DNA of 64,000 bases from an uncultured bacterium (GTDB taxonomy: Bacteria > Babelota > Babeliae > Babelales > Babelaceae), in contig CAVRKK010000002.1 of assembly GCA_963722385.1 (NCBI GenBank), forward strand, positions 960,001-1,024,000, read 5' to 3'. A model generated the notes under the pieces. It did no database searches. It worked only from the letters and a program-made list of their open reading frames with translations, and had not been told where the DNA came from. Both the position numbers and the translations under genes were made by a program. This document shows positions 33,301-42,065 of the stretch, piece by piece; within the stretch, counting starts at the first letter, position 1; the number at the start of each line of letters is the position of its first letter.

Positions 33301-33737
33301 GCTCAAGTACTATTGCGCTCTTGGGGTTAAAGGATGGTATAGTGCATAATAGTACATCGTACTTTTTACCAAATAATTCAAGTTATTGTGTATCGATAGC
33401 ATTTTCACCAGTACTTTCAAATGCGGGAAATTCTTTGGTTGCTACAGCTAACTTGTACTCTAACGATGTATCAATTTCAGAGGTATTTGGAATAGGCGGC
33501 TCTACCGGTGATGGCGATGGAGCGGGCACAGGCGATGGAAATTCCAGCTCTACCAATATTGGTATAATAGCAGGACCAATCGTAGGCGGCATAGCCGGTA
33601 TTACTGGATTAGTAATAGTTGGTATTACTGCTTATTTTGTATGGAAGTATATTGCCCGTTATAGAGGGAGCGGTGTTGTTAATTACGATGGTAGTGGTGC
33701 TATTAATTATGGACCATCAGGGAATGAAGAGCTGTAG
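30393..33737 (+). CDS. Large multi-beta-propeller surface protein with C-terminal TM anchor
   Basis: About 20 repeats of ~49 aa (SVAFSPNGSYLATAN...SYALPSGS), signal peptide, GIIAGPIVGG TM. Confidence 0.88.
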   Translation: MEFKNYLKAVSCLIAFLFAKQTMSVDLCRLVGESYASPAGLFPQSVAFSPDGSYVATANGGSSNVTLFTVGAGGALSNGTSYILPSGSSYPMSVAFSPDGSYLATANSNSNNITVFQVEAGGVLSTSTLYELPVGSVGPSSVAFSPDGLCLATANNSDVTIFSVGADGALSGAISYPLPSGSFDSQSMAFAPNGLYLAIANYSNDVTIFQVGIGGSLSNAVSYALPSGSLWPTSVAFSPNGSYLATANYNSSDVAIFQVGAGGVLSGGTPYALPSGSTYPYSVAFSPNSSYLVTADEISNNLTLFQVGAGGVLSGATSFALPNGSRQPYSVAFSPNGSYLATANFGSNDVAMFQVGVGGVLSGSISYALPSGVSGTQSVAFSPNGSYLATANYGSGDVTIFQVGAGGVLSSGTSYALPTGSSPNSIAFSPDGSYLATANFESVGSGDVVVFQVGAGGILSGGTAYGLASGSFAPYSVSFSPNGLYLATANEGSSDVTVFQVGAGGVLSGATSYALPSGSGNPYSIAFSPNGSYVVTANYGSNDVTIFQVGAGGVLSGATSYTLPSGSTVPESVAFSPNSSYLATANWGSNDITIFQVGTGGILSAATSYAIPRGSGDPNSVAFSPNGIYLACTNSGLARGTVALFNIEAGGKLVNSASYAFPGSYAYPISLAFSPDSKYIATANSNPYIVTVFKCGSFESPLRSVSLPYGSQAPNALAFSNNGFYLATANSLSSDVTLFGINSTATLLPGVSYSLPTGSSTPMGITFSSNSSYLATANSNSNDVTLFQVKVGQLTAGSSYTLPIGSTLPVAVAFSSNDAYLATANSKSNDVTLFNINAGILQNPLSYSLGNATQPVALTFTPDNNFLATANAQSYDVILFQVVNGILKYSSSKPLPKESTVPSSITSFLDSKGDTIVMTTNSGSDDISLFLITGNILSDGQSRQIPQGNAQPSTIALSQDASYIATSNSGSSTIALLGLKDGIVHNSTSYFLPNNSSYCVSIAFSPVLSNAGNSLVATANLYSNDVSISEVFGIGGSTGDGDGAGTGDGNSSSTNIGIIAGPIVGGIAGITGLVIVGITAYFVWKYIARYRGSGVVNYDGSGAINYGPSGNEEL

Positions 33738-33758
33738 TAGATAATCTCCAGTAATTAA

Positions 33759-33902
33759 AAAGCTTGCTTTGGGCTGATTGTATTTGAAGACCTGAACATA
33801 GCGGGAATGATTCAAAACCATAATCTAGCAAAGTCTATTGCTAATATAGGTTGGGAACAGTTTGTTCAGTTTTGTAGCTATAAGCAGCTCTGGGCAGGCT
33901 AA
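33759..33902 (+). pseudogene. tnpB: tnpB (IS200/IS605 RNA-guided nuclease) fragment
   Basis: Manual translation LIVFEDLNIAGMIQNHNLAKSIANIGWEQFVQFCSYKQLWAG matches the RuvC-II region. Confidence 0.85.
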
Positions 33903-33982
33903 CGCTTGAGAGATAAGAGAAAGCTTTGGCCTGCTCAAGAAGCCCAAAATACGGCGAAGCTCAACCTTTAGGTTTGGGTAGC

Positions 33983-34909
33983 TCATGGCAGATATGTTTC
34001 TATCCAATCATAGGCGCGTGCTTGCCAATACATTTGACGAAAGTCATTGAAATTAACTCGATTTTCAATGCCACGTGATGGGGGATGAAGCGGCCCTGAT
34101 TCACGAGCGTGAAAGTCGGCTGAAATTTCTGCCAATGGTCCTGGATCTTCTCTGAGAACATGATGCAAGTTAATCGGCTTTTTGTCATGGCCTAAGGGTG
34201 CCAGGCCTACTTGAGCACGGTGCAAGTTCAGGCGACCTTCTGGGTCAACCAAGAGGAGGTCAAACAGTTCATCGCGCTGATGAATAGTGTAGCTATAAGG
34301 TGCTTCAATAGTTGCTGACCAGTTCTCCTGGTGTTGAAAAAGCGTACGGTGTGCTCGTACCTCGTCTTTGCTAACATGTTTTGTTTTTTTACGCTTATTC
34401 TTGCTTGCTTGAGTAAGCGGACTTACCACGTTTGGATCTGCTGATTCATACTGTTGCTGGTACATCCAGGTGAGGTAAGGAGTCATGCTGGTTGCTTCTT
34501 CTCTAATAGCGCGTCGAGCAGGGCTTCCTTCTGCTTGCTGGATTGCGTTCTGCAAGCGGGCTGGGTTGCGAGTAAAAATGCCTTGAAGTTCTTGTGGTCT
34601 GGCTGCTTGCCCTTCGGGCTGCGTCTTGTCGCTCGTCGGTTGCTCGGTTTCCTCATCATGCACATTTTGTCTCGATGCGCGAAGAGTTCGCAAGCCTCTT
34701 GTCAAACACGCTAAAGCCTGCGTGTGCTTGTATGGGCTTGCTGGCGCAGTTTGAGTCGGGTTAGTGCGGTCACGCAACGGTAACAATGGTGTTTCAGGCT
34801 TTCTTTTAGAAACTTTTGGCTGTGGTGTTTCTTCCATTGCCTGCAATGAAACAGGGAGCGCGCTGTATGCTAAGGCGAAGATCAGTAATATAACATTATT
34901 TTTTGCCAT
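33983..34909 (-). CDS. Exported protein with C-terminal LHH (HNH/EndoVII) nuclease domain
   Basis: NLHRAQVGLAP..INLHH..GPLAEI..FH..LH..FNDFRQMYWQAR. Confidence 0.88.
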   Translation of the reverse strand: MAKNNVILLIFALAYSALPVSLQAMEETPQPKVSKRKPETPLLPLRDRTNPTQTAPASPYKHTQALACLTRGLRTLRASRQNVHDEETEQPTSDKTQPEGQAARPQELQGIFTRNPARLQNAIQQAEGSPARRAIREEATSMTPYLTWMYQQQYESADPNVVSPLTQASKNKRKKTKHVSKDEVRAHRTLFQHQENWSATIEAPYSYTIHQRDELFDLLLVDPEGRLNLHRAQVGLAPLGHDKKPINLHHVLREDPGPLAEISADFHARESGPLHPPSRGIENRVNFNDFRQMYWQARAYDWIETYLP

Positions 34910-35155
34910 AATATCTATCAGTTTATAGGGGTGTTATAAAAAAGTGCTCTGAAAAATGGCATATTTTATCTATAAATACCATTTGTATCTATTTCATACT
35001 ATTAATAATAGGCAATTTTGATGAATAAGGCAAGTGAAAAAGGGATAATCAAAATATTTGATTCGGGTCGTGCGTTGGCGCAGCGGATCTCCGGATTGTC
35101 GAGTATTAATCTTTGATATATGCTGTATGAAATAGTTTTAACGGGGAAGAGGAAT

Positions 35156-35512
35156 ATGGATAGCTCAACAACGGTTGAAAGCCTTAAAGAGAAAGTTAAA
35201 AAGTTTATTGATGAGCGGGATTGGCAACAGTACCATACGCTCAAAAATCTAAGCATGGATATAGCGATCGAGTCATCAGAATTGATGGAGCTTTTTGTCT
35301 GGGCTCAAGGCTCAGAGTGTTTATCTATTCTTGAGAGCAAGCGACAAGAGATTGAAAACGAAGTAGCAGACATTGCATTTGCTTTGCTTGATTTTTGCAT
35401 CAGTGCCCATATTGATCTTAGTCGAGCCATGGAATATAAGATTGCTCTTAATGCCAAGAAATATCCCATCGAAAAGAGCAAGGGACGCTCGTCTAAATAT
35501 ACCGAATTATAA
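35156..35512 (+). CDS. MazG-like nucleotide pyrophosphohydrolase (dCTP diphosphatase-like)
   Basis: ERDWQQYH, ESSELME, EVAD, NAKKYP. Confidence 0.92.
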   Translation: MDSSTTVESLKEKVKKFIDERDWQQYHTLKNLSMDIAIESSELMELFVWAQGSECLSILESKRQEIENEVADIAFALLDFCISAHIDLSRAMEYKIALNAKKYPIEKSKGRSSKYTEL

Positions 35513-35618
35513 AATATTCAAGCGCGCCTACCGTTGTGGTTCGATCAAAACCGGATCAAGCCAAATACCGAAGTTTTCTCAATAATAGAGCTTCTTGGAA
35601 TTCATTTGGTTAACTAAA

Positions 35619-35647
35619 TTGACAATTAGAGTAAAATTTGATATAAT
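35619..35647 (+). promoter_or_regulatory. Consensus sigma70 promoter
   Basis: TTGACA-17 nt-TATAAT upstream of 35711. Confidence 0.8.
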
Positions 35648-35710
35648 AGGTAATAATATTGCGAAAATGTAATATCTGGCCAAAGGCGCATTACGGTCGA
35701 GGAGAAAAAG

Positions 35711-36451
35711 ATGAAGCTCGCTGTATCAAAAATATATCATATCGTAATAGCTCTTCATGTTGTTGGGCCTCATGTGGTTGCGCAACCTCCTAATGTTCAT
35801 GCCATAGAAAGCAGTATACCGCTTGGCGGTAGTACGGGGGCCTATCTGGTTACCATAGAAGGTGAGCGGTGGGTTGAAAAGCAAGGAGCATCGGCTCGGC
35901 ATATTGAGAACGAATTTTATACGAATAAAGCATATCGGGCTCTCGGTATCAAGGTTCCTGAGGTTTACTTGTATGATTTAGAATCACGACCTACTATGTT
36001 GAGTCAGTACATACCTGGGCAAACGCTCGCTGCTTATATGCAGCACGCAACGCGTAAAGCAAAAAATAATGTGTTTAAGAAAATTCAAAAAGGCTTTGTT
36101 GCAGATTGTTTACTTGGCAATTGGGACGTTGTCGGTTTAAATTTCGATAACATAATCATTGATGAGCACGCTGATCCTTGGCGCGTTGATAATGGCGGTG
36201 GATTATTTTACCGAGCTCAAGGAGCACTTAAAAAATCATGGGGCGGTGACGTTACCGAACTTAATACGATGCGTAATCCAAAGCTTAATTATTCAGCAGG
36301 CACGGTGTTTGAGGGCATTACGAGTGCAGAGATTAAAGAACAAGCACAAGCATTGCTCGAAAAAAAAGAGGCACTTATCCAAGTATTGCCCCTTTCATAT
36401 CGTCCTGTCATAGAAAGGCGTCTAAGTGTTTTGGCAAGTCGTTTCACTTAA
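35711..36451 (+). CDS. Exported HipA/PI3-PI4-kinase-like fold protein
   Basis: LGGSTGA glycine loop, K, NE helix, DCLLGNWD..N, VDNG. Confidence 0.7.
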   Translation: MKLAVSKIYHIVIALHVVGPHVVAQPPNVHAIESSIPLGGSTGAYLVTIEGERWVEKQGASARHIENEFYTNKAYRALGIKVPEVYLYDLESRPTMLSQYIPGQTLAAYMQHATRKAKNNVFKKIQKGFVADCLLGNWDVVGLNFDNIIIDEHADPWRVDNGGGLFYRAQGALKKSWGGDVTELNTMRNPKLNYSAGTVFEGITSAEIKEQAQALLEKKEALIQVLPLSYRPVIERRLSVLASRFT

Positions 36452-36683
36452 CTTATCCCTGTTTTTCATTTTTTTTGCTTAGTGTAATTCCGCAAGCGTG
36501 CACGATAGCTTTTCAAGAGTAAGCGGTGCCAAAGATATATGGTTTGCCGAGCGTCTGTTCCGAAATTATTGTTAAGTCTTAAACTATTGATTTTGCTCAC
36601 TTGTTTATATTATAATGACAATTAGAAATATCAAAGTCTTCTAATTAAGAACACCTAATAAACCAATATAAAAGGAGAGTGTT

Positions 36684-37130
36684 ATGGAAAACAGACTGAA
36701 GAGATATGTGGCGCTTGCTCTGGTAGCCTTGACGGCGCTCAGCGGCATGACGTTGATTGACGCGCGTGGCGGTGGAGGCCATGGCGGTGGAGGCGGTCGT
36801 GGTGGCCGTGGTCATGCTATGCGTGGAGGCGGTCGTGGTGGCCGTGGTGGTCGTGGAATAGGTCGCGGTGGCCGAGGAGTCGGTCGTGGTGGTCGTGGTT
36901 TTAGAGGCCGTGGTGGTCGTGGATTCAGAGGTCGCGGATATGGCGGTTATGGCGGCTATGGAGGATATGGCGGCTATGGAGGATATGGCTGGCCTTATTG
37001 GGGATATGGCGGTTATTACGGTGATGGCTACGATGATGGCTATTATGGTGGTGGCTACTATGCGCCTAGCTACAGTACTACGTATGTAGATTCAGATGGT
37101 TATGACGATGGCGAATACGTCTATGGTTAA
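36684..37130 (+). CDS. Exported Gly-rich protein with RGG block followed by YGG block
   Basis: SD AAGGAG, signal peptide, GRGG and GGY repeats. Confidence 0.8.
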   Translation: MENRLKRYVALALVALTALSGMTLIDARGGGGHGGGGGRGGRGHAMRGGGRGGRGGRGIGRGGRGVGRGGRGFRGRGGRGFRGRGYGGYGGYGGYGGYGGYGWPYWGYGGYYGDGYDDGYYGGGYYAPSYSTTYVDSDGYDDGEYVYG

Positions 37131-37203
37131 TAACCACCTCGATTAAATCTTAAAGGCATCCTGTTTTGTGCTGCGCGTCAAGAAGGTGCCTTGTGATTAA
37201 TGA

Positions 37204-37240
37204 GACACCGTGGGCTTACGTGGCCCACGGTGTTATTTTT
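37204..37240. terminator. Hairpin between convergent genes
   Basis: ACACCGTGGGC...GCCCACGGTGT followed by T-rich tract. Confidence 0.7.
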
Positions 37241-37724
37241 TCATCTTGAGCAAGAGCCACTCTTTTTTATCGCCCGTACCGAGTTTTGTTTTTACGAGGG
37301 CGTAAGGTCCTTTTAGTTTTTTGCCGACGAGCATGATTTCAATATGCCCCTCCTGGTAGCACGTAAATAAGGGTTTCTCTTTTAAATTGAGGAAGGTGCC
37401 ATGATCCCAGATTTCAACGGTGCCAGCACCGTAGTTCCCGGGTGGTATGACTCCTGAAAAAGAAGCATATTCCAGGGGATGGTCTTCTGTTTCAATAGCG
37501 AGCCTTTTTTGCCCACTCAGAAGTGGCGGCTCTTTGGGAACGGCCCATGATTTAAGGACTCCTTCCATTTGCAAGCGAAAATCATAATGGAGATGCGTTG
37601 CTCTATGCTTTTGGACAACAAAAATGGCCTCGTGAGGCGAGCCTTTGGTTGTTGGCCTAGGTTCAGGCGTCCGTGCAAAATTACGCTTGCGCCGATAAGC
37701 AGTTAATTTATGAGGAGAAGCCAT
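37233..37724 (-). CDS. Stand-alone LigD 3'-phosphoesterase (PE) domain protein
   Basis: FVVQKHRATHLHYDFRL, SWAVPK, EDHPLEY, YGAGTVEIWD. Confidence 0.93.
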   Translation of the reverse strand: MASPHKLTAYRRKRNFARTPEPRPTTKGSPHEAIFVVQKHRATHLHYDFRLQMEGVLKSWAVPKEPPLLSGQKRLAIETEDHPLEYASFSGVIPPGNYGAGTVEIWDHGTFLNLKEKPLFTCYQEGHIEIMLVGKKLKGPYALVKTKLGTGDKKEWLLLKMKK

Positions 37725-37739
37725 ATCATAATATCCATG

Positions 37740-38459
37740 TTAGAAAATAACCGTCATGCCATCATAGGCAATTTTAACCAGAATATTGTAGGTGCGAGCA
37801 AGCGGTACTACTTTTTCTCGTATTTGCGCCGGGTTTCCACGAACAATCTCGGTACCGCAGTGGGTAATTATAGCTTTTGGTATTCCTGCTTCCTGGCACC
37901 AGGCAAGTTGTTCTTTAATTGGGGAATGACCAATACGCACCCCATCTCGCTGCCTGACGAGGAGCGTGCGTTGTATTATGGCGCCATCGCCGATATAGAG
38001 CGTAACATTCTGCAGTGCTTGTTCGCGTTTGATTATTGAAACAATATCTGGTGCGTAAAAAAAAGATTTTTCTTGGTCCGTTACTCGATAACCAACGGCT
38101 GGCGCGTGCAAAGAATGCTCGAGGGCGAATGGGGTGAATTCAAGAGTGCCAATAAAAAAAGGCTCATCGATGGTCACGAGCTTGCAGTTGAGCGGAAACC
38201 GCTTGATGCGATCAATGATGGCTTGCGTGCCATAGATGGGGCAGGGAGCGCCCTGTTTTAAGCCATCCACATGATCCGGGTGAGCGTGAGTGATGACGAT
38301 AGCAGTTGGTCGAATATCATTGACGTGGCCAAGCCAATCGGCGCCACAATCAATCATAATACGTTGAGATCTTTTTTTGATGAGTAATGAGGCATGTTGA
38401 TAGTGGAGCTTGCTTCGCGCTTTAATGCCGCCCCGTGTTCCCAAAAAAATGAGCTTCAT
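37740..38459 (-). CDS. MBL-fold metallohydrolase
   Basis: FLGT, IDCG, THAHPDH, GH, ITH, AYDG. Confidence 0.9.
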   Translation of the reverse strand: MKLIFLGTRGGIKARSKLHYQHASLLIKKRSQRIMIDCGADWLGHVNDIRPTAIVITHAHPDHVDGLKQGAPCPIYGTQAIIDRIKRFPLNCKLVTIDEPFFIGTLEFTPFALEHSLHAPAVGYRVTDQEKSFFYAPDIVSIIKREQALQNVTLYIGDGAIIQRTLLVRQRDGVRIGHSPIKEQLAWCQEAGIPKAIITHCGTEIVRGNPAQIREKVVPLARTYNILVKIAYDGMTVIF

Positions 38460-38578
38460 ATCGCCACTTGTTTTTTATAGTTCCCATTGTAACGCAGTAT
38501 GACTGGCTTGCAGCCACAAAAACAACAGATTATACTTGGGTCAAAGCAAAATGTGCGCTTGCCTCATGGAAGGGACTT

Positions 38579-39577
38579 ATGAAAATTTACGGTTTTATCC
38601 TCCTCATTTGTTGGTCTGTTATTACGCCGTTAGAGGCGCTTGATCAAGCTGCCAAAGCTTACTTGGATGAGTTTTTTCTTCAATACGAACGCCCCATTAC
38701 CATTTTTGAATTTTGTAAAAAATCCCCTCTTTATTATTCTAAAAAAATTGCTAAAGATAAGCGCTTTGACGCAACGGCGGTTATCGTATTTCTTGGTGAC
38801 ATAGATGCTGGCCATATGAGCCGCGTAAAGGGTACTACTAATCCTGATTTGATCATACTTCGGCCTTCGCGCGTAACCCCTCACCTGATTCAGACGCTCT
38901 CCAAATGTGAGCAGCCCGATGTCGTGTTGCTCCATAATGTTTCCAGCTTTGTCCGGCGGACTCATGGCGATTATATTCAGCACTTTTTGCTGCTTGGTGA
39001 TTATTTGGGTGTTGATATCTTGCCCGAGGATATGGCTTTGTTTGATGAAAAATATCGTACGAGCGACCTCTTGATGGCCTGTATCCCCCATGTAAATAAC
39101 CATGGTGGAGTGTTTGCTTTTTTTAAAACGAACAAGGAAGGGATTGTTGCACCTCGATGGGGCACTGCGGAAAATACGCCGAGCATGCCTATCAATTACG
39201 TCATTAAAAGCAATTTTAAGGAAAAAGCAATGTTTAAGAAAGAGCTCAGAACATGGAGTAATTGGGAAAAAGGTATAAACCTGGCAAACTATGTCATGCT
39301 TGAGGGAAAACATCCCGAAGATTATATTATCCGGCAGGCGGTTAAGCGCCTTGCAAAGCTTATAAAGCATAAATACAATAATGAGCACAATGACCTTGTT
39401 ATGAGCAATATCTTAATACAGGGCGATGAGCTTAAGCCGATGGATTTTAACGATCCGCGCCATGATATTGATCTTGATATATGTATCTGGGCTTTATTAA
39501 AAGCATTTAGTGGTGAGAGGGAAGATTTTGAAACCCCAGAATATTTTTTGGATTATTATAGGGACCGGTTAAATTAA
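38579..39577 (+). CDS. Exported hypothetical protein with kinase-like C-terminal motifs
   Basis: Signal peptide; HNDLVMSNIL and MDFND. Confidence 0.55.
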   Translation: MKIYGFILLICWSVITPLEALDQAAKAYLDEFFLQYERPITIFEFCKKSPLYYSKKIAKDKRFDATAVIVFLGDIDAGHMSRVKGTTNPDLIILRPSRVTPHLIQTLSKCEQPDVVLLHNVSSFVRRTHGDYIQHFLLLGDYLGVDILPEDMALFDEKYRTSDLLMACIPHVNNHGGVFAFFKTNKEGIVAPRWGTAENTPSMPINYVIKSNFKEKAMFKKELRTWSNWEKGINLANYVMLEGKHPEDYIIRQAVKRLAKLIKHKYNNEHNDLVMSNILIQGDELKPMDFNDPRHDIDLDICIWALLKAFSGEREDFETPEYFLDYYRDRLN

Positions 39578-40989
39578 TACTGCTTAACCCAGGTAATATC
39601 GATATTTTCAAATGATGAAGCACGGTCTTTATCTAACAGCTCTCGTAATAAATTATAAAGATAAAGCGCTTGTTTTTCATGATCAGGAATCGGCAAGTGG
39701 GCTTTCGTGTGCTCTTGCAGGGCAAGGTCGTGCTTCCAGATGGTCATGGAGGCAAGGCTCCGAATTTTTTCAGCATCGGTGACTCCCTCGCGTTGGGCGA
39801 TGGTCGTTATATTCCGCTTCCATTGGATGTATTGCGTATTTTCCCAATCTTGCTGCCATTGCTTATAGGTTTGTAAAAAATCGCGCGCACCATCATTGGC
39901 AAGGTAGGTGTCGGATGCCTCAGCATTGCTTGGGTCTGTTGGCGCTCCTCGCGTGCCAAGTTCTTGCAGCTTTTGGTTAAGAGGTACCCCATGAGCGACA
40001 AGAAATCCCGCTATATATAGGGTGCGCTCAAAATCAGAAGGATGTGCGTCCTGGTGGCCCTCTGCAATGATATAATCGGAGCTTGCAAGCTCAATTAAAT
40101 GGTAAAGTAGAGTCGTAAGATTTTCTTGATTAAGAAGCGCTTTGCACGCAAAGAGGTCTGCTCGCTGTTCGGTAAACTTTAGATAATCCATTTTGACGTA
40201 ATCTGCTTGCTTGAGCGGTGGTAGCCATAGGAGAGTAGGCTTTGATAGTCTTTCATTGACCTTTTTGCCCCAGGAAGTTGAATTGTCGAATGCTTTTTTG
40301 CCCAAACAGATATAGCGGCTAATGGTTGCTCGCAGATCTTGAACCGTAGCATCATTAAGAAAGTAGTCAGGAGTTTGATGGCCCTCATCAAGCTGAACCG
40401 AATGAAAGCTATCCTGGTAGGCAACATGACAAAGCTCGTGATAGAGCGCAAAGAGCTGGTTATGCCGAGGCGCTTTTGAGCAAAGTGCAATATAATGCTT
40501 TGTTTTATCGCGTGCGTCAATATATGTCCAACTTCCCTGGTGGGGAGCTGCGGCCAGAGAGATGTCTGCAATAACGCCGGTTGCGCTTTGAGCTTGCTTG
40601 AGTAATTCACGATGCTCTGTGCTTGGAAGGTTGAAGCTTTCCTTTTCTAGGAACTGATAAAGGCGTACCGCTGCTTGCACCTGGGTGAGCCATGCATGAT
40701 CTATCTGAGCAAGATTCTCTGCAGATGCTTGCCCAAGTGAGGTTCGAATAAAGTTATATCCGTGAAGAAAATTCTCGTTGTCCTCGTTTGTGAGCGCACT
40801 TTTCATGGTATCAAAGACAAGGTGGAGCCTGCCCGCATATTTTTCTAGGCGATGGTTGTCCCATTGTTTATGGATGTCTGCAAGCCAGTCGGTAGAGCTC
40901 AGTGCTTTGTCATGGGATGACGGGGACGAGCAGCCAAAAAAAGCAGCAGCAAGGAGAAGAAAAATTTTACCGAAGAGCTCCATAATCAA
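39574..40989 (-). CDS. Lipoprotein with M48-like zinc metalloprotease motifs
   Basis: FFGC lipobox, HELCH, EQRAD, HPSDFER. Confidence 0.7.
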   Translation of the reverse strand: MIMELFGKIFLLLAAAFFGCSSPSSHDKALSSTDWLADIHKQWDNHRLEKYAGRLHLVFDTMKSALTNEDNENFLHGYNFIRTSLGQASAENLAQIDHAWLTQVQAAVRLYQFLEKESFNLPSTEHRELLKQAQSATGVIADISLAAAPHQGSWTYIDARDKTKHYIALCSKAPRHNQLFALYHELCHVAYQDSFHSVQLDEGHQTPDYFLNDATVQDLRATISRYICLGKKAFDNSTSWGKKVNERLSKPTLLWLPPLKQADYVKMDYLKFTEQRADLFACKALLNQENLTTLLYHLIELASSDYIIAEGHQDAHPSDFERTLYIAGFLVAHGVPLNQKLQELGTRGAPTDPSNAEASDTYLANDGARDFLQTYKQWQQDWENTQYIQWKRNITTIAQREGVTDAEKIRSLASMTIWKHDLALQEHTKAHLPIPDHEKQALYLYNLLRELLDKDRASSFENIDITWVKQY

Positions 40990-41057
40990 TCCTTTCTTAT
41001 GATAGCAAGTCTAGCAATAAAAAGCTCTATCTGGCAATAAAAAATAGTTTTTTAGCT

Positions 41058-41972
41058 TCACCTGATAGATGCCGGGCGAGCATGCTCAAGGGTATGCTTT
41101 TTTAGACAGCATAGGAGTCCTGCGAAGATAAGGGCAGTTGACATCCAAAATGTTGATGAAATGGTCATTCCAAAAAAGAGCCAGTCAAAAAATGCCGTAA
41201 AGATTGGTACGGTAAAGCTTGAGAGCATGAGTGTCGTGACGGTATATCGCTGGGCAAGGAAGCTATAGAGATTATCAACGACACCGTTATAGACAATTAT
41301 CATGAGGAGGACATAGATACTTGCGGAAAAAGCGTGTGATGAGATGAGCGGTGCCCAGGGCTCGCTGATGCAAGAGTGAGCAAGGGCGCAAATGCCGCCG
41401 ATGAACATGCTAAATCCGTTTGCCAGCAATGGTTGATTATTGGTTTCTGATGAGGCGCGCCGCATAAGAATGTAACCATATACGCTTGCAATATTGGAGA
41501 GCATTATCCAAAGGTCGCCACTACTTAAATTACCAGCAAGGAGGCTCGTACTACTTGAAAGCGCAGACGAAGCGCCCATGATGGGCATGGTACCGAGTGT
41601 TGCCATGGTAATGCCTACCCATTCAAGCGTGCTGAGCTTATCTTTAAAGATGAGCCATTCGAGAAACGCCGATATTAGTGGTGCGCAGTTATCGATGAAT
41701 GCTGCACGTGTCGCCGTGACGCTGGCGAGTCCCCATAAGGCGAACGCATTATAGAGGTACATACAAAAGATACCTGCGAGGCCAAGGGGCGCGAGTGAGG
41801 CAATGGGCAGGGCGAAGCGGCGCATTTTTATGCATGAATAGCCCATTAAAATAAGGCCGGTTAGGGTCATGCATATGCCTATCAAAAAAAGAGGTTGTGA
41901 TGTTTCAGCAGCAATTTTACTTAGTGGATAGCCAAGCGCGTACAGGAGGTTAATGATAAGAAGTGGACTCAT
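41058..41972 (-). CDS. EamA/DMT family transporter
   Basis: About 10 TM helices, two-repeat EamA pattern (APLISAFL, PIFTAFF). Confidence 0.85.
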   Translation of the reverse strand: MSPLLIINLLYALGYPLSKIAAETSQPLFLIGICMTLTGLILMGYSCIKMRRFALPIASLAPLGLAGIFCMYLYNAFALWGLASVTATRAAFIDNCAPLISAFLEWLIFKDKLSTLEWVGITMATLGTMPIMGASSALSSSTSLLAGNLSSGDLWIMLSNIASVYGYILMRRASSETNNQPLLANGFSMFIGGICALAHSCISEPWAPLISSHAFSASIYVLLMIIVYNGVVDNLYSFLAQRYTVTTLMLSSFTVPIFTAFFDWLFFGMTISSTFWMSTALIFAGLLCCLKKHTLEHARPASIR

Positions 41973-42065
41973 AAATCCTTATGGTTAAGCTAAATAGGTA
42001 CCGTACCTCTTAACATACTCTTTCAAAAAAAATTATAAAACTTTTTTTGAGCGGAATCTCTCTTT

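Noticed and set aside
36860..37089. Alternate-frame ORF 36868..37089 (MAVMAAMEDMAA)
   Set aside because: Shadow of the GGY codon repeats
38630..39388. 252-aa antisense ORF
   Set aside because: Lies wholly opposite a more plausible gene and has no motifs
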